Position numbers and translations under genes: made by a program. The notes under the pieces were generated by a model. That model was given only the letters and a program-made list of their open reading frames with translations, searched no databases and was not told the origin of the DNA. A stretch of 63,873 nt of DNA, filler included, from Choristocarpus tenellus KU-1152 (taxonomy: Eukaryota; Protista; Phaeophyceae), in NCBI GenBank assembly GCA_964200185.2. It is 11 parts of 11 records of this genome, joined end to end, with 100 filler letters (N's around TTAATTAATTAA, not from the genome) between each part and the next. Parts side by side here need not be neighbours in the genome. Positions count along the whole stretch, not along the records: positions 21,630 to 26,950 come from CAXNAD020011166.1; positions 27,051 to 35,133 come from CAXNAD020005179.1; positions 35,234 to 40,808 come from CAXNAD020010373.1; 8 more parts are not named here. One strand, given 5' to 3'. This document shows, in pieces, positions 24,047 through 36,324 of this stretch (its first letter is position 1; each line of letters begins with the position of its first letter).

Positions 24047-24929
24047 TGGACGTGCATCCTATTCCATTTGGTGCAGTTAACCTACATATCCCTAACCCTA
24101 AGGTTCGCCGCAGCATATTCTTGGATTTATTCGTTTCTCACTCACACCCTGGGTGAATCACATTTTCTGTTGAAGTGTTATTGAATCCCCAACTTGATCC
24201 CGATAAGATCCTGCTTAAGAGTGTTTCACATACAGGTTGATGCAATCCTTAATAAGAAAGAACTTCTCTCGTTCCCCGACAATCTCTGTACCATTTGAGC
24301 AAGACGTCACACAACAGTAAGGCCCCCAAAGCAAGTACCCCTTACAAGTACCACTCTTTCGTAGTCCTCTGAGAATGTGTAGCGTAATGTATTCCCTGAA
24401 CCCGTCTGTTTATATAAGCAGTGAAGTTTACCTTCTGTCATGAAATTATCCGTTACACAACTGCTGGCAACCTTCTCTTGGCACTGCTGTTGTAGTGGAA
24501 TCAATCGTACATTCCTTCCCTGGAATAAACCAGGACAGTGAACCCATGTATCCATGGAATCATATTGTTGTGGCTCACACTCTTAGTACTTGGTGGGTAA
24601 ATACTCAATCAGTGTTGGTTCAATTGGCAAACCCAACCGCGTGTAGGGTTTCGTATCAAGAAAAATAATGTGATTGGCCACTTTACCTCACTTTCTGATC
24701 AGATACTTCAAACCGTCAGTCCTCTTAACGCTGATTCTGCCTCGTTCGGTGAAGCTAGAGAGGAGTTAACCTTTAATTAAAACAAGTGCTTTCAAAGATA
24801 CCAATCTTAAGCAATCGCAAGTGTCTCAACTTTCAGATCTTATAGATCAGCTTTTTCGTTGAACCCAGCAAAGCTTGGAAGATTTGCTCAAGCTGAAAGT
24901 AGAAATTCCCATAGAGCCTGGTACCAAGT

Positions 24930-26010
24930 CTCTCGATAGGAACCCGTACAGAGCAAACCTCTGTACTGAAGAAGCGATTGACTCGTCTTTCAACACTATG
25001 GAAGAGCAAGGCATGGTTCATCATTAGAAACGTGCCAGTCATTGTTGTCCTGTTACCGCTGTAACCAAGTCTGATGGCTCCCCATGTTTCTGTGTAGATC
25101 ACCACATCTTTTTTTATGACTTATCCTATGCCTGGTATGGAGTGGCATATTTATGCTTGTGGTGCAAAAATAATCACCGTTTGTTTTATTCAGAGTGCAG
25201 ATTGACAGATTCCAGCTGCTCAACCAGCTACTGATAAGACTGGTTTTGTCACTTCCAGAGGCACTTATGTTTTATAGAAGCTATTTGACATTCTATTGCC
25301 CCTTGACAATTTCACATCGTTTAGCACTTGCCAACCCTGACCCACTTAGAGGTTTTCTCGTTTATATTAACTATTTTTATTGTTCTATCACCTGGGAAAT
25401 AACATTACTCGAGCAGTAGTTCAAACGTCTACAGGCAGAAGGCTTAACCCTAAGACCGTCAAATATTCAATTTGGGTTTAAAGAAGTCTATTTTTTTACC
25501 ACATTTTGTTGTCTGAAGGCATATCGGTTAAGAATGGGTTCGTTTATTTTCACTGAATTACCAAATCCCACGAATATCAAAGAACATTTGTCTGTCTTCG
25601 AAAGGTTATTTTTATGGGTAAATTTATGTCCAAACTAGCCACAGTAATCGAGTTAATCTTACTAACAAAGGGGTTAAAAAGAACATTACTAAAGAATGGG
25701 GATTTGACCAGGATGAGGCATGTTCGAGAGTAATATTCACTGCAGTCACGGTTCTCGTATTTCCTTATTTTACCAATATTTCCCTCGTCCATGTTGATGC
25801 CAGTGTGGTGAATGTTTTCAGCACAGCCGAGTCGATAGTCCTAATGACCTAGTTACCATTACTTGTCAGGAAATTCAATGCAGCTCAACGTCAATATCCA
25901 GCTACTGAGAGGATGTTACGCAGTCGCTTCTGCTATCACTCATTGACGTCCATATCTCTAGGGTAGATACTTTACCTACATTACATAGATCAAGCGGTAT
26001 CATGTTGCTT
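24930..26010 (+). mobile_element. Decayed Ty3/Gypsy pol (RT-RNase H) remnant
   Basis: Ordered motifs PYRANL, PVTAVTKSDGSPCFCVD (cf. PVVLVxKKDGSxRFCVDYR), DKTGFVTSRGTY, FLVYINY (eroded YxDD), KRLQAEGLTLRPSNIQFG, HVDAS, FNAAQRQYPATER, H*RPYL*GRYF; stops and frameshifts. Confidence 0.85.
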
Positions 26011-26042
26011 GTATAGATACAGGATACCAGCAGTATGCTTTC

Positions 26043-26308
26043 GTCCCAAAATATTCAAGAGGGCAGGAGTTTTGCCCCGTTTGCCAGTTCGAGGCTTGGC
26101 TTCCCACGTTTTTTTATGCACTTTTATGTTTTCTGTGTGAACATATCGGATTTTGGAGTAGTAATGTATAGGACTACGAAAGGTATGTCTGGAGCAAGGA
26201 TATTGACACACTTGCTAACAAACACGATAGCCAAAATTCGTCAAAATCGCAACATTTGATTTATGACTCCGAACGGACACGGTCCTACCCTCATAAGTGC
26301 TTTGACTC
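26043..26308 (+). mobile_element. MITE family 3, full copy with 4-bp TSD
   Basis: TTTC|GTCCCAAAATATTCAAGAGGG...CCCTCATAAGTGCTTTGACTC|TTTC. Confidence 0.8.
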
Positions 26309-26397
26309 TTTCTCGTTGAGTTATTTTAATATGGGCTTATGATTTCATTGTCAAACATAAGCTTGGTAAGCTCAATGATATCCCTGATATAATACCT

Positions 26398-26500
26398 GGG
26401 CCACTGTATCTGTGAGAGGGTGCTCGTTGTCCATTTGGGGCCGATTTTACATGTCGCGATTTGGGGTGATTTGGTTGTATGGGACGGATTACTATATTTT
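26398..26500 (+). mobile_element. MITE family 1, partial copy
   Basis: GTATCTG..TGTCCATTTGGGG..ATGTCGCGATTTGGGGTGATTTGGTTG matches the left half of the family. Confidence 0.65.
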
Positions 26501-26950
26501 ATAGAGTGTCTGTATCTACGTTCGTATCCTCTTGTCCTCAAGAAGACTGGAAAAATATGCTGTCATTGATTTGTGTGATTTATTATTTAGACTTAATGAA
26601 GTGAATAAATGGTTGCATTGAATTGAAGTATGGTAAGGTATTTACGTTCGTATCCTTTTTGGTCAAAAAGTATTGAAGAATATGTTGTCATTGATTTGTG
26701 AAATTGATTATTTAGACTTTATATGGAGTGAATGAACGGTTAAATTGATTTAAGCATAGCGATTTGTTTAATTAATATTATAGACTTGATTGAACCAATT
26801 AAATATTTAACTACGGTGAGGTACAGTATGTAAAAGTTATTTTCATAGACGTACACCGATATTTGATATGCAGTGGCTGTGCAAATTACCTTGGGAGGTA
26901 ATGCTATTTGTTAGTAGTGAAGATAAGAAGGTGTGGAGCCTCACACGACC

Positions 26951-27050
26951 NNNNNNNNNNNNNNNNNNNNNNNNNNNNNNNNNNNNNNNNNNNNTTAATT
27001 AATTAANNNNNNNNNNNNNNNNNNNNNNNNNNNNNNNNNNNNNNNNNNNN
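26951..27050. other. Artificial contig-joining spacer
   Basis: 44 N + TTAATTAATTAA + 44 N. Confidence 0.98.
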
Positions 27051-27829
27051 AATATTTGAAAAAAAATATATCCGGACCCTTAAAAAGTGCCGAACATTTC
27101 CAAAAAAAGGACATATCCCGGGCCCTTCCAAGTGCAAAAACAGTTGCAAAAAAATCTTTCGGTACTTTTTCAAGACCGTTTTCACAGAACAACCATCCTC
27201 ATAGCCCCGCTCCATCCTCAATTTTTAAAATCCACTGTTATACGGTAGAGATATCATCTGATAGGCGAACACGACTCAGTACGAGGAGGAGTGATTATTA
27301 TACGATTTTTCAACCAGGAGCCCCGCCATGGCTCTCCACTCGAGGGATGGGTATGGGTTTGATGAGATAGTTTTGTGGACAGAACAGGATAAGTGTTGTT
27401 TTATCGCAACAGGAGGGGTGGTTGTTATTCAATATTTATTTCCAGGTGCCCTGTCATGGCACTCCTCTAGAGGGACGTGACTGTGTGATGGGGAGACAGA
27501 TTTTTCCTGGACAAAATAGGATGGCGTTGTTAATTGCAAACAGGAGGAGCGCCAGTTATGGTACAATGTTAGTAGTACCCTGCCGCCATGTCTTGGGTTT
27601 GGGCAAGACTTGATGTGACAGAATGTGTATACTGCAGGGATCAACCTCCTCAGTGGACAGAATGATTAACAGATGCCTTTCGTTGTAGAGGAGGGCTGAG
27701 TGCACCTTCTGAGGATAGCAGATTGTGGTCGGATTGTGACATCCTAATACATAAATAGTATTATAGAGAGAGAGTTCTACACAGATATGTAGTTTTGGAG
27801 ATGAGAGTACTGTAGTTTTGAGACTTCTC

Positions 27830-28900
27830 ACACTACTTGGGGTAGGAAGTACTGGATACCAACACAATAAGAGCACAAAACGTCATACAGGTTTGGTCCA
27901 TTTCCGACCTTATGAGGTCAAGGAGCTGCCCCAAGAGGATATCCATGAACTCGCTGCACAACATCTCACTCTCCTTGATGTGCTTTGTGTTGTGTTGAAG
28001 GTGGTGAATGTGCCACTCTAAACAAGATGTATAGACCCTTGAAAAATTTGATCTATTGCCTTTTGGGTTCATGTGCTCTAGCAAGACTCGTCATGAACTT
28101 GAAGTCTCACTCTAATCGATACGGTCCATGTCTATTGGTAACTTCAAACGATGTCAGGTGCTTAAACATTAAGATTAGCTCCATGTGCAGCTCATTTGAC
28201 CATCTCCTTCGGTGGATATAGCAAGTGCATATACTTCATTGCCTGTTCATCCTACAACAAGCATGCTCTTTTCTCCTTGTTAAAAGCTCTTCTTGTCGTT
28301 CCCTTGCCCACCACCTTCCCCTTCTTTCTGACTACAACCTCCTTCTGAACCCTCTACAGTAGCAGACTTGAATGAGAACAGTCTGTTGCCATTGCACTCT
28401 GGGATTCACGTTATCTGTTCTTTGCCCAATAACCACCGCCCATCACTTGGAAGTGGACACTACCTCACATTCAACGCAACCCTCGCCGATGTCTGAAAAC
28501 TCCCATCATTGAGTCCCACCCCTGTCTCACGATAGTATTTCCCTTCATCCTCATCATTGGTGATGTCAAGGTCGTAACTACTGCAGTCAGGCTGTGTGCT
28601 CATTGGGGCATCCTCTCGAGCAAGTGAAAGCTAGATTTCGCCAGGTCCAGTTCTGGAGAGCAAGATATTACGGTAGTGCCAGGTGGGACGGAAGGGGTAC
28701 TGCACTCTTCTACTCTCATAACCTTTATGATATCCCCTGCAACTGCACCTCTGTCGGTCATGGTGGTAGTTGGATATCCTATGCATGTGATATTGCACAA
28801 AGATTACTCACCTGGTCATATGATAAATGTTCCATTCTTTCGCTTCCTTTCTAACCAGCACCAGCCACTCTCCATCAATTTTCCTTCAACATCCGAAGTT
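27830..28900 (-). mobile_element. Possible decayed Copia-like RT/RNase H remnant
   Basis: HNTKHIKESEMLCSEFMDILLGQLLDLIRSEMDQ resembles the Copia RNase H end (RTKHI...SExQxAD); upstream CSTPSVP; boundaries approximate. Confidence 0.4.
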
Positions 28901-29037
28901 GATGCTATAGCTAGTCGAGAGGGCGTTAGAAAGGAAATGATACCAGACATGCGAGAGCTGATGAAAGGATTTCCACAGGCAGAAGGCAGCTACTGATAGT
29001 GTCTGCATCAAAACTGGATATGTTCTCATCCAGGTCA

Positions 29038-29295
29038 GAGTCAAACCAACTTAGAGATAGGCAGGGTTGCATTTCAAGAATCTTGAGAAAGATAAAAAAG
29101 CATGTCATTTTGTACAATTGCAGAAAGAGGCTTTGGTGAATTGTACTGTCATCTTGCGTGTGCAAAGGGGATATCAATTTTGCATACATCGTTTTGCACA
29201 TAAAGCAATGAAACAGAGTGTATTCCACAGGTTAAGAAAAATGTCTTGGAATGCAAGAGGATCCAAACCTGCCTACCTCTCAAGTGGTTTGGCTC
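29038..29295 (+). mobile_element. MITE family 2, copy 1 (~258 bp)
   Basis: ~30-bp TIRs GAGTCAAACCAACTTAGAGATAGGCAGGGTT / AACCTGCCTACCTCTCAAGTGGTTTGGCTC; flanks GTCA/ATCA. Confidence 0.85.
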
Positions 29296-31081
29296 ATCAC
29301 AATTCATCCTCGACAAAAGATTGGATGATGTACTAGTCGACCCCTCCCCGTGAACATGCCAGAAGATCTTTCCGGCTGCGCCATTCTCCATCACCCTTGT
29401 GTAGGCCGAGACTTTCCCTCTCCACCCACACACACACTTTATGGCTGGCAGGACTCCTCTACTCTATTCCAACTGTAGCAATGTTATTGCTTTTTGTCTG
29501 GAAACTTCTCTACTACCTTGACCTTATCTAGCTCTTGACCCATGCTCAGATGGTAATGCACACTGTATTTATACCTTACGAACTAACGATTGGACCTTCA
29601 CTAGTTCCACCGTGGTCGGTTGTTCCTCGATTTTTTTCCTTGCGTTAGGTTCAATGTTCTTCAGTCCTTCCACTTCGTCTCTTCTCTCGAATATAATAGC
29701 GTATACTTCCTTCGACTATGAATCTATCTATCTATCTTCACGAACCATATCTACCTCTCTCCTGTCGTAATATCCAAAACCTCATACACATTATATCCCA
29801 CAACCTACATTCTAACCCTAACTAAGCTTCCAGAAAGCAACGAGAATAAATTAGTAGAAGAATGTATCAAGTAGTATATTTCTTTGTTTGAGAACGAACC
29901 AATAATACATACTGTACATGGATAAAAAAATGTAATGAAAACTTGGTTTCTGGATATTTTTTCATTTTCTTGAGGGTAACATCTAGTCTTGTATGTCACA
30001 CCGTCAAAATGTACTATTTACTATTAATATACCCATTCTATCATTACCAAGTACTGGATTGGAAAGATCAGAATCCTGGGGTTCGACAGGGGTACATCTC
30101 GTCTTCTGGTGGTTGCATAGTAGTGGCAATTAGAAATAAGTTGAGCCGTCTGTTTGAGGGTTATCAAATCGGGTGTGCTACAATCTCAACCTAACCACCT
30201 CCAATGAAGTAACGGATTCTTCGAAGTGGTATCTGGAAACCTCAAAGTCCAGCACATGCTGGGTTTTCCATTATTGTTCAAATTCCGTTACGACAAATAA
30301 CCGCCGATTTCAAAAATTGAGGATGGAGCTTTTCATTGAGAATGGATGGGCTTGACCCAAAATTGACTGGGATAAAGTGTCCATATGTTTTTTTTTGTAT
30401 TGGCTGTTAAATGTGTGATATTGCACAAAAATAGCACAATTAGAGTTTCTCATAGTAGTGTAGATTATGTCGAAGTGAAACTTCACCACTGTAATCCATT
30501 GACGACGAGTGGTGCATTGGAAACACCACAACCCTCGCGTTCCATAGGTCCACTTTTCGTCTTGATAAGGGTCCTATCAGTTGTATAGTAACGCCTAGAG
30601 GCTGAGAAGTTGGTGTGGGGATAATCTCGACCTGATGACTTCCAATGAAACCATGGGGATTGTGGGGGTCGCCCTACGGTCTCAGATTATCATAGTTTAA
30701 AACCCTTCACGAGATACAAGTGATCCCACACAGGGGTATCGTAGTTGGTGTTCTGAGGACTTTACGACAACCTAGATGATGGGGAAATGAAAGGTCGGAA
30801 AGAACATGGGCAACGTGCCGAATCTCCGAAAGGGGAAGAACACAAATGCGGAGTTAGCAGCCTTGAGTCAGGTTGCGAAAGGTGCCCGTATGGACAAGTT
30901 AATGGGGGTGAGGATGACCGAGCAGGATGAATGGATAAGCGAGAGCTGAGCGAGGAGAATATCATTGCTCCCCGTTGGACTAAGGATAGCATTTTCGAGT
31001 TTTGGAAATCGAGGAGGATATAGAAGAGAATGATCGAGAGCAGGAGGATGCTAACTAAGAGGTGGATGGGGAGATAGAAAC

Positions 31082-31341
31082 GAGCCAAACCATTTTAGAG
31101 GGAGGCAAGGTTGCATTTCAAGGAACCTGAAAAAGGGCAAAAAGGTGCTATTTTGTACAATTGCACAAAGATACTTTACTGAATTGTGCTGTCGCTTTTG
31201 TGTCTGGAAGGAGGGAATATCAGTTTTGTGTACACTGTTGTGCACATAAAGCAATTAAATAGGCTGTAAAGCACAGGATGAGAAAGGTGACATAGAATGC
31301 AAAAGGGTCCAAACTTGCCTACCTCTCAATTGGTTTGGGTC
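31082..31341 (+). mobile_element. MITE family 2, copy 2
   Basis: GAGCCAAACCATTTTAGAGGGAGGCAAGGTT ... AACTTGCCTACCTCTCAATTGGTTTGGGTC; body aligns with 29038. Confidence 0.85.
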
Positions 31342-33469
31342 ATATTATGTGGAAAAAGTGAAAGAAATAATTTGCCTCCTTGAGAGCACACAGGACACTT
31401 CAATGCTTCGATTATTCGATTATTTAGTGGTCCAAAAACCAACGAACAGGTCAGGAAGACCAGTCCCACACAGTAACACGCAGAGATACACATTATGTAG
31501 CGTCCACGAGAATGTACGAAAAAAAAGTGTTTTCATCGCTTTTCATTCGTTGCGCACCAAAAACTTCAAATTAATTCGTAATACTTCACTCACACCAACT
31601 GTAAATTGTACATTTCTCGAGTCCTGTACCACTCCCAACATGACGACATATACCCATATAAGTGTCTTAACATAAATTCTCTATCAGTATATTCTTCCTC
31701 AGGTAAAACAGTAAAATAACCTTATTTTCTCCACTGACATGTCATTTCCACCCCATTCCAATAATCGATATCATGCATATAGGGGTATCTCTAAGTGAAC
31801 AGGTGTTCTTCTGACTCAACACTGATTGCCAATAAATTAAACCAATGTTGATGTGCTTGTGTCCAAGCACCCAACTGAGAACTCAATATAGACGGGAAGA
31901 GGTCCAGGGGGGGAGCGCACCACTACTTCCCTATGCATGGCCTTCATGCGTGCAGTAGCAACTCCACCTCACCTCACCCCCATTTTGCTTGGTCATCACC
32001 AGTCATTGGTCATGAAGGTGTACCCAAGGCCTTTGCCAAGGTGTAGGAACTAACTCACATGTCCCCAGATTTCTTCCTACCTTAGTTATAGACGCTCCAT
32101 ATAGCTCCTTTACTCTCTACTATTGGGGAGAAGTACTAATCGGTAGCATGTGGTTTTTTCACGAGGATATGTGAGTCGGAGTTTTCCACTGACTGGTGTC
32201 CACACTTGCACCAGAAACTGACGAACATATACGCCAATGTATTTGGGGTTAAAATGGAACAAGTCAAACTAGACATATATCTACGGCACGGATGTGGATA
32301 ATGGTTCTTGAGCCTAGATGAGAAGAATACAGTCAACAACGTGTATATCCTTGGCTTGGTTGAAGCCCTCCCAGAGGTCCTCCAAGGCCACTTCCCTTAT
32401 GCGGTAAAGGTAATTGGAGGCTCACCGGAGCTACTAGGACTCGTAGAAGCTTTAAAACCTCAACACTTTCATGGCGGAAAGCTCTGGGTGTCTCAACACT
32501 ATGGCAAATCAATTTGTGGACGACCTGTTTACTCATCCAGTGAGTGTTAAGGGGCTGTCGGTTTCAATAGGAAGAGAGCAGTGAAGGCAGGTGTGGAACA
32601 GGTTGTGTTCGTCACTGCACAAGCGACAATTTCAAGGCACATTATGCACTTCAAACTGGATATAGCATATCCCGTGCACTTGCTTCTTGCCAAACCCTAG
32701 ATATGACCTTGTCCAGGTTGTAACACCTACTGCCCCAGGTATGTAGTGAATGCCAAGCATACATGATTCTCCGATTCCTCACTATTTCCCATGTCACAAC
32801 GGTTCCGAATTCCAGTATGTTCCTACAAAACACAGATTCATCCAGACGTTGCTAGTTCTGTAATCCTTAGGTTCCTGGGTACTGGATGCTGGACACTGCC
32901 TACTTGGCACCCACAATCCATGAACCATTTACCAATATTGAGTTCTAAAGAGAACATGAATAAGTCCTAACCGTTTTTTGTATATGGATGAGTGCCCCTC
33001 CGATTTTAATTGTGAGACGAATCTCCGATTTTACACTGAAATGAATTAACCACAGATTATTTGTATTTTCGTATATTTGCTTTTCTCTTTGAAGTTTTGG
33101 ACCGAGAACGATGTAATTTAATTGGTCATGTGATATGTGATCGCCATTTTTACAGGACAATACTTCAAAACAGAATAAGATTCCAAGGTTGTGTCTTTTC
33201 ATTGTATATATTTCCAGTATTTCCAGTATTATTTTTGTTTATGGGATGAAGATACTTTACAGTAATATGTACCGTACTTGAATGGGTACTTGAGTAAGTT
33301 AAGATGATTGTTTTTGGGATTATCTGAGTCGGCAGAATAGTGTATGTATTATCAAAGGGAGGAGTATCAGTAAGGGGTATAAAAATAGGAGCAATATCAC
33401 ACTTACTATCGCTGAGAGATTGAGAGATAACTCAAAGAAAGAGAGATCCTGTGATCTTGGTTACGAGTG

Positions 33470-34770
33470 TATCTTGATTAGTGGCCTATTGGCATATAAT
33501 ATTCAAGCGAAGATGATAATATGATGCAATTCCGGGGATCAAAGAATATATGGCGTGGTGACATTTGTTTGCCCTTTTGAGTTGATTCAGCGACGGGGAA
33601 TGGGTGCTGTGGGACCTGAGACCAACGACAACAAGTAAACATCACGAAATTCCAAGACAATCGCATAAGCTTGAGTCAGACGTAACACAGCGCCTGAGTG
33701 GTAGACTGATAGACTGCAGGCATATTCACTGCGAGATAGCTGGTACGTCCGAGGTGATTTCAATGTGCGTAGAGGCGGCTGGGGGATGTGGGGCGTGTCG
33801 TTGTGAATTCCCGAGGTCATTCAACGCAGAGGAGAGCTGGACTCTACCCATGGTGATTTTGAGTTGGGGTACTTGAATGGGATTTGTTTGAAGTCAAGAT
33901 TGTTGCCAGCGCTAATAATGGAGGTTGAGGGGTATTGGGGTTTGCGCATATCAGGTAGGGTATAGGACATGCGATAAGTCTTAACAGTGGATATGCTATC
34001 ATTTGAGTCGATGGCGATCTTTGGTAGGATCAATTGTATCCCGATGGCATGGTTTGTCGTTGTCGGTGTTGGCATTACTGGTGGTATTTGTTGGCGTGTG
34101 TAGGGAAATGACAGTGACTGCTTAGGTACCCGTTGGTATTAGGACACACGATTTTTTTGCATACGATTTCTTGCTAAGAGCGTGGTATATTGAAGTAGAG
34201 TAAAAGAGAGAGAGAGGCCATCAATTCACAGGAGAAAACATTTGGTAGTAGACTCCCGTGGTTGAAGGGAGGGCTATGGATGAAGCCCTTTCATTGATCT
34301 TGGACAACCCCCTGCGTCCTCAGGACGGAGGTGTGAAAATATTTGACTTGGCAACAGTGTAGGTATTTTCGTGTACTTGTGAGAGATTTCTGTTTCGTGG
34401 GAGATATCTTCAACTGCTTGATAGCGTGCATTGTCCGAGTACGCCTTTTGTCCGATGTCAGACTATATTGCTCATGCTAATATATCTCACCCTCGATCTC
34501 TCTGGCTCAACTTGGAGCAGAAAATCTCAAAGGGCGCTAGCAACTAATTGGACTGGTGGAGGGGGGGTCTAGATAACGGTGAGGTTGGGACACTTTTGCT
34601 TCATCTCGTCTGGCATAGTGCGAGGTTTTGAGAGCACCCTTGAAATCAGTGGAGGAATTGGATCAAACCTTGAAACTTGTGTAGTCCTCCCCGTCATTCT
34701 TTGAACTAGGGGAGGAAGTAGTTAGGTAGAGGAGATCGGGGGGTTCGGAAGATCGCGACCCACCATTTTT
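33470..34770 (-). mobile_element. Possible decayed Gypsy-like gag-protease remnant
   Basis: PBS-like TGGTGGGTCGCG (~34765-34754), VLIPTGT near 34140 (cf. LxDTG) and a PY motif near 33550; weak. Confidence 0.3.
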
Positions 34771-35133
34771 CATTTTGTGATGACTAGATACATTTTACAG
34801 TGCTGTATAGTGTACTAACCTTCCAGGGACTATGATGGAGGACAAGTGAGAATTTATTGATGGCGATATCCCTCACACTTAATCGAGACTGGAGTCCCTC
34901 ATCTGATCATTAACACCTGGCCCCTTTTCCCCTCATTCCCCTCTGACCCGCCTTCCTACAGCCCCCCCTCACAAGGTTCGTCAAAATAGCTGCAGCCATT
35001 GACTGTCCTGGAAGCAATATGGCCACAGATCTTGTTCAGCGTCACACTCATTCGCCACCAACACGAGGCGGGCGATGGAGAGGGGGCACCGCAGGCCCCA
35101 TTGGAGGAGGTAGAGGGGGGGATGTTGGGAGTG

Positions 35134-35233
35134 NNNNNNNNNNNNNNNNNNNNNNNNNNNNNNNNNNNNNNNNNNNNTTAATTAATTAANNNNNNNNNNN
35201 NNNNNNNNNNNNNNNNNNNNNNNNNNNNNNNNN
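35134..35233. other. Artificial contig-joining spacer
   Basis: 44 N + TTAATTAATTAA + 44 N. Confidence 0.98.
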
Positions 35234-35494
35234 AAAAAAATGGTTGTGGCACCCACTTCAACAAAAAAAGTGGGAAAAACGCGGGTTGAAAAAGGGGGGG
35301 GGGGGGGGGGGGGGGGCAGGGTTTACTTGAAATTATTTCAGACACGCTGCACCGCAAGAGACGCTATCATGAAGAACATTCCGCCAACCCCTCACCCCCT
35401 TCATATCATCTCAGAACTCATCACTCGTGTTAAATAGAAGACACAAGTATTCACTCCCACCAACACACTTTGTCACTTCCACCAACACACCTAC

Positions 35495-35747
35495 CTCCAG
35501 GCGGGACACGCCCTCTAGCCCAGATGCACGGCATATGCTCTTGGCATTGGACGATACCGCACTCTCGAATGACAGGCGAGGGCCCACCTCCAAAAGGGAG
35601 GTGTGCTTGCCACCTTTCCCACCACCCTCACCAGCTGCCACCACTGCCGCAGCCCGGTCGAGGAAGGACTCTGTTGAGGTCTGTTCGGGCTCGTATGTCT
35701 CTCGGAGGAGCCACAGCAACGTGGCATATTGACCAGGGGTCAAGGGT
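35495..35747 (-). CDS. PFAS: Phosphoribosylformylglycinamidine (FGAM) synthase, N-terminal domain exon (partial gene)
   Basis: AAG acceptor, phase 2; (R)PLTPGQYATLLWLLRETYEPEQTSTESFLD...LLEVGPRLSFESAVSSNAKSICRASGLEGVSRLE, matching eukaryotic PurL motifs WxLxETYEPE and EVGPRLSFxxAxSxNAxSIC; GAG|GTAGGT donor. Confidence 0.93.
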
Positions 35748-36181
35748 CTTGTTTCGATGGGATTGACAAGGTATTCGGAGTCGAACCAGGTTTTACGAGT
35801 GAGTAGTGAGAAGTGAGGAACTCAAATTTCAGGTTCAACGAGTGTCAGTCGTAGGGTTTGAATGTAACTGCTTTCACATGTGTATTCATGCATCCTCATT
35901 GTTTCCTTGCCTTACCTATGGTCCCTACATCTGTAATTCGGATAGGATAGGAAGGTGCAAAGACATGTTCTAGTTTCATGTAAAGATGAAACAAAGAATA
36001 CAGTTACCAGTAGGGGTACAAATCTAGGATAAAGATCCGCGCAAGTGTTTGTAGATGCCTATTGGGTTTTCTTCTGTTCTGATTACACAATTGTACAAGA
36101 GCTGCACAGTTGTAGTGCTGTTGACATATGCGTGCATGCAAAGAAGGTAGATACCTAGGACAACACATTTGACTACTCCAC

Positions 36182-36324
36182 CTGTTCTTTTCAACCTCGA
36201 CATTGAAGCAGTGCTCTGTCAGGATAGATTCTATCCCACTCAATGGGCACAATTCCCTTGCAGCAGAAAGTATGTTGCTGGACTTGGAAGGAAGAATTCC
36301 TGGAGTCCGATAAAAGTGGATCAC
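36182..36324 (-). CDS. PFAS: FGAM synthase, first conserved exon
   Basis: CTGCAG acceptor; VIHFYRTPGILPSKSSNILSAARELCPLSGIESILTEHCFNVEVEKN(R), cf. VIHFYRxP...TExCFN; AG|GTGGAG donor in phase 2, matching the next exon. Confidence 0.9.

Noticed and set aside
31700-32950. Further Copia RT remnant on the minus strand
   Set aside because: Only one motif-like stretch (D*YFSPIV); too weak to call
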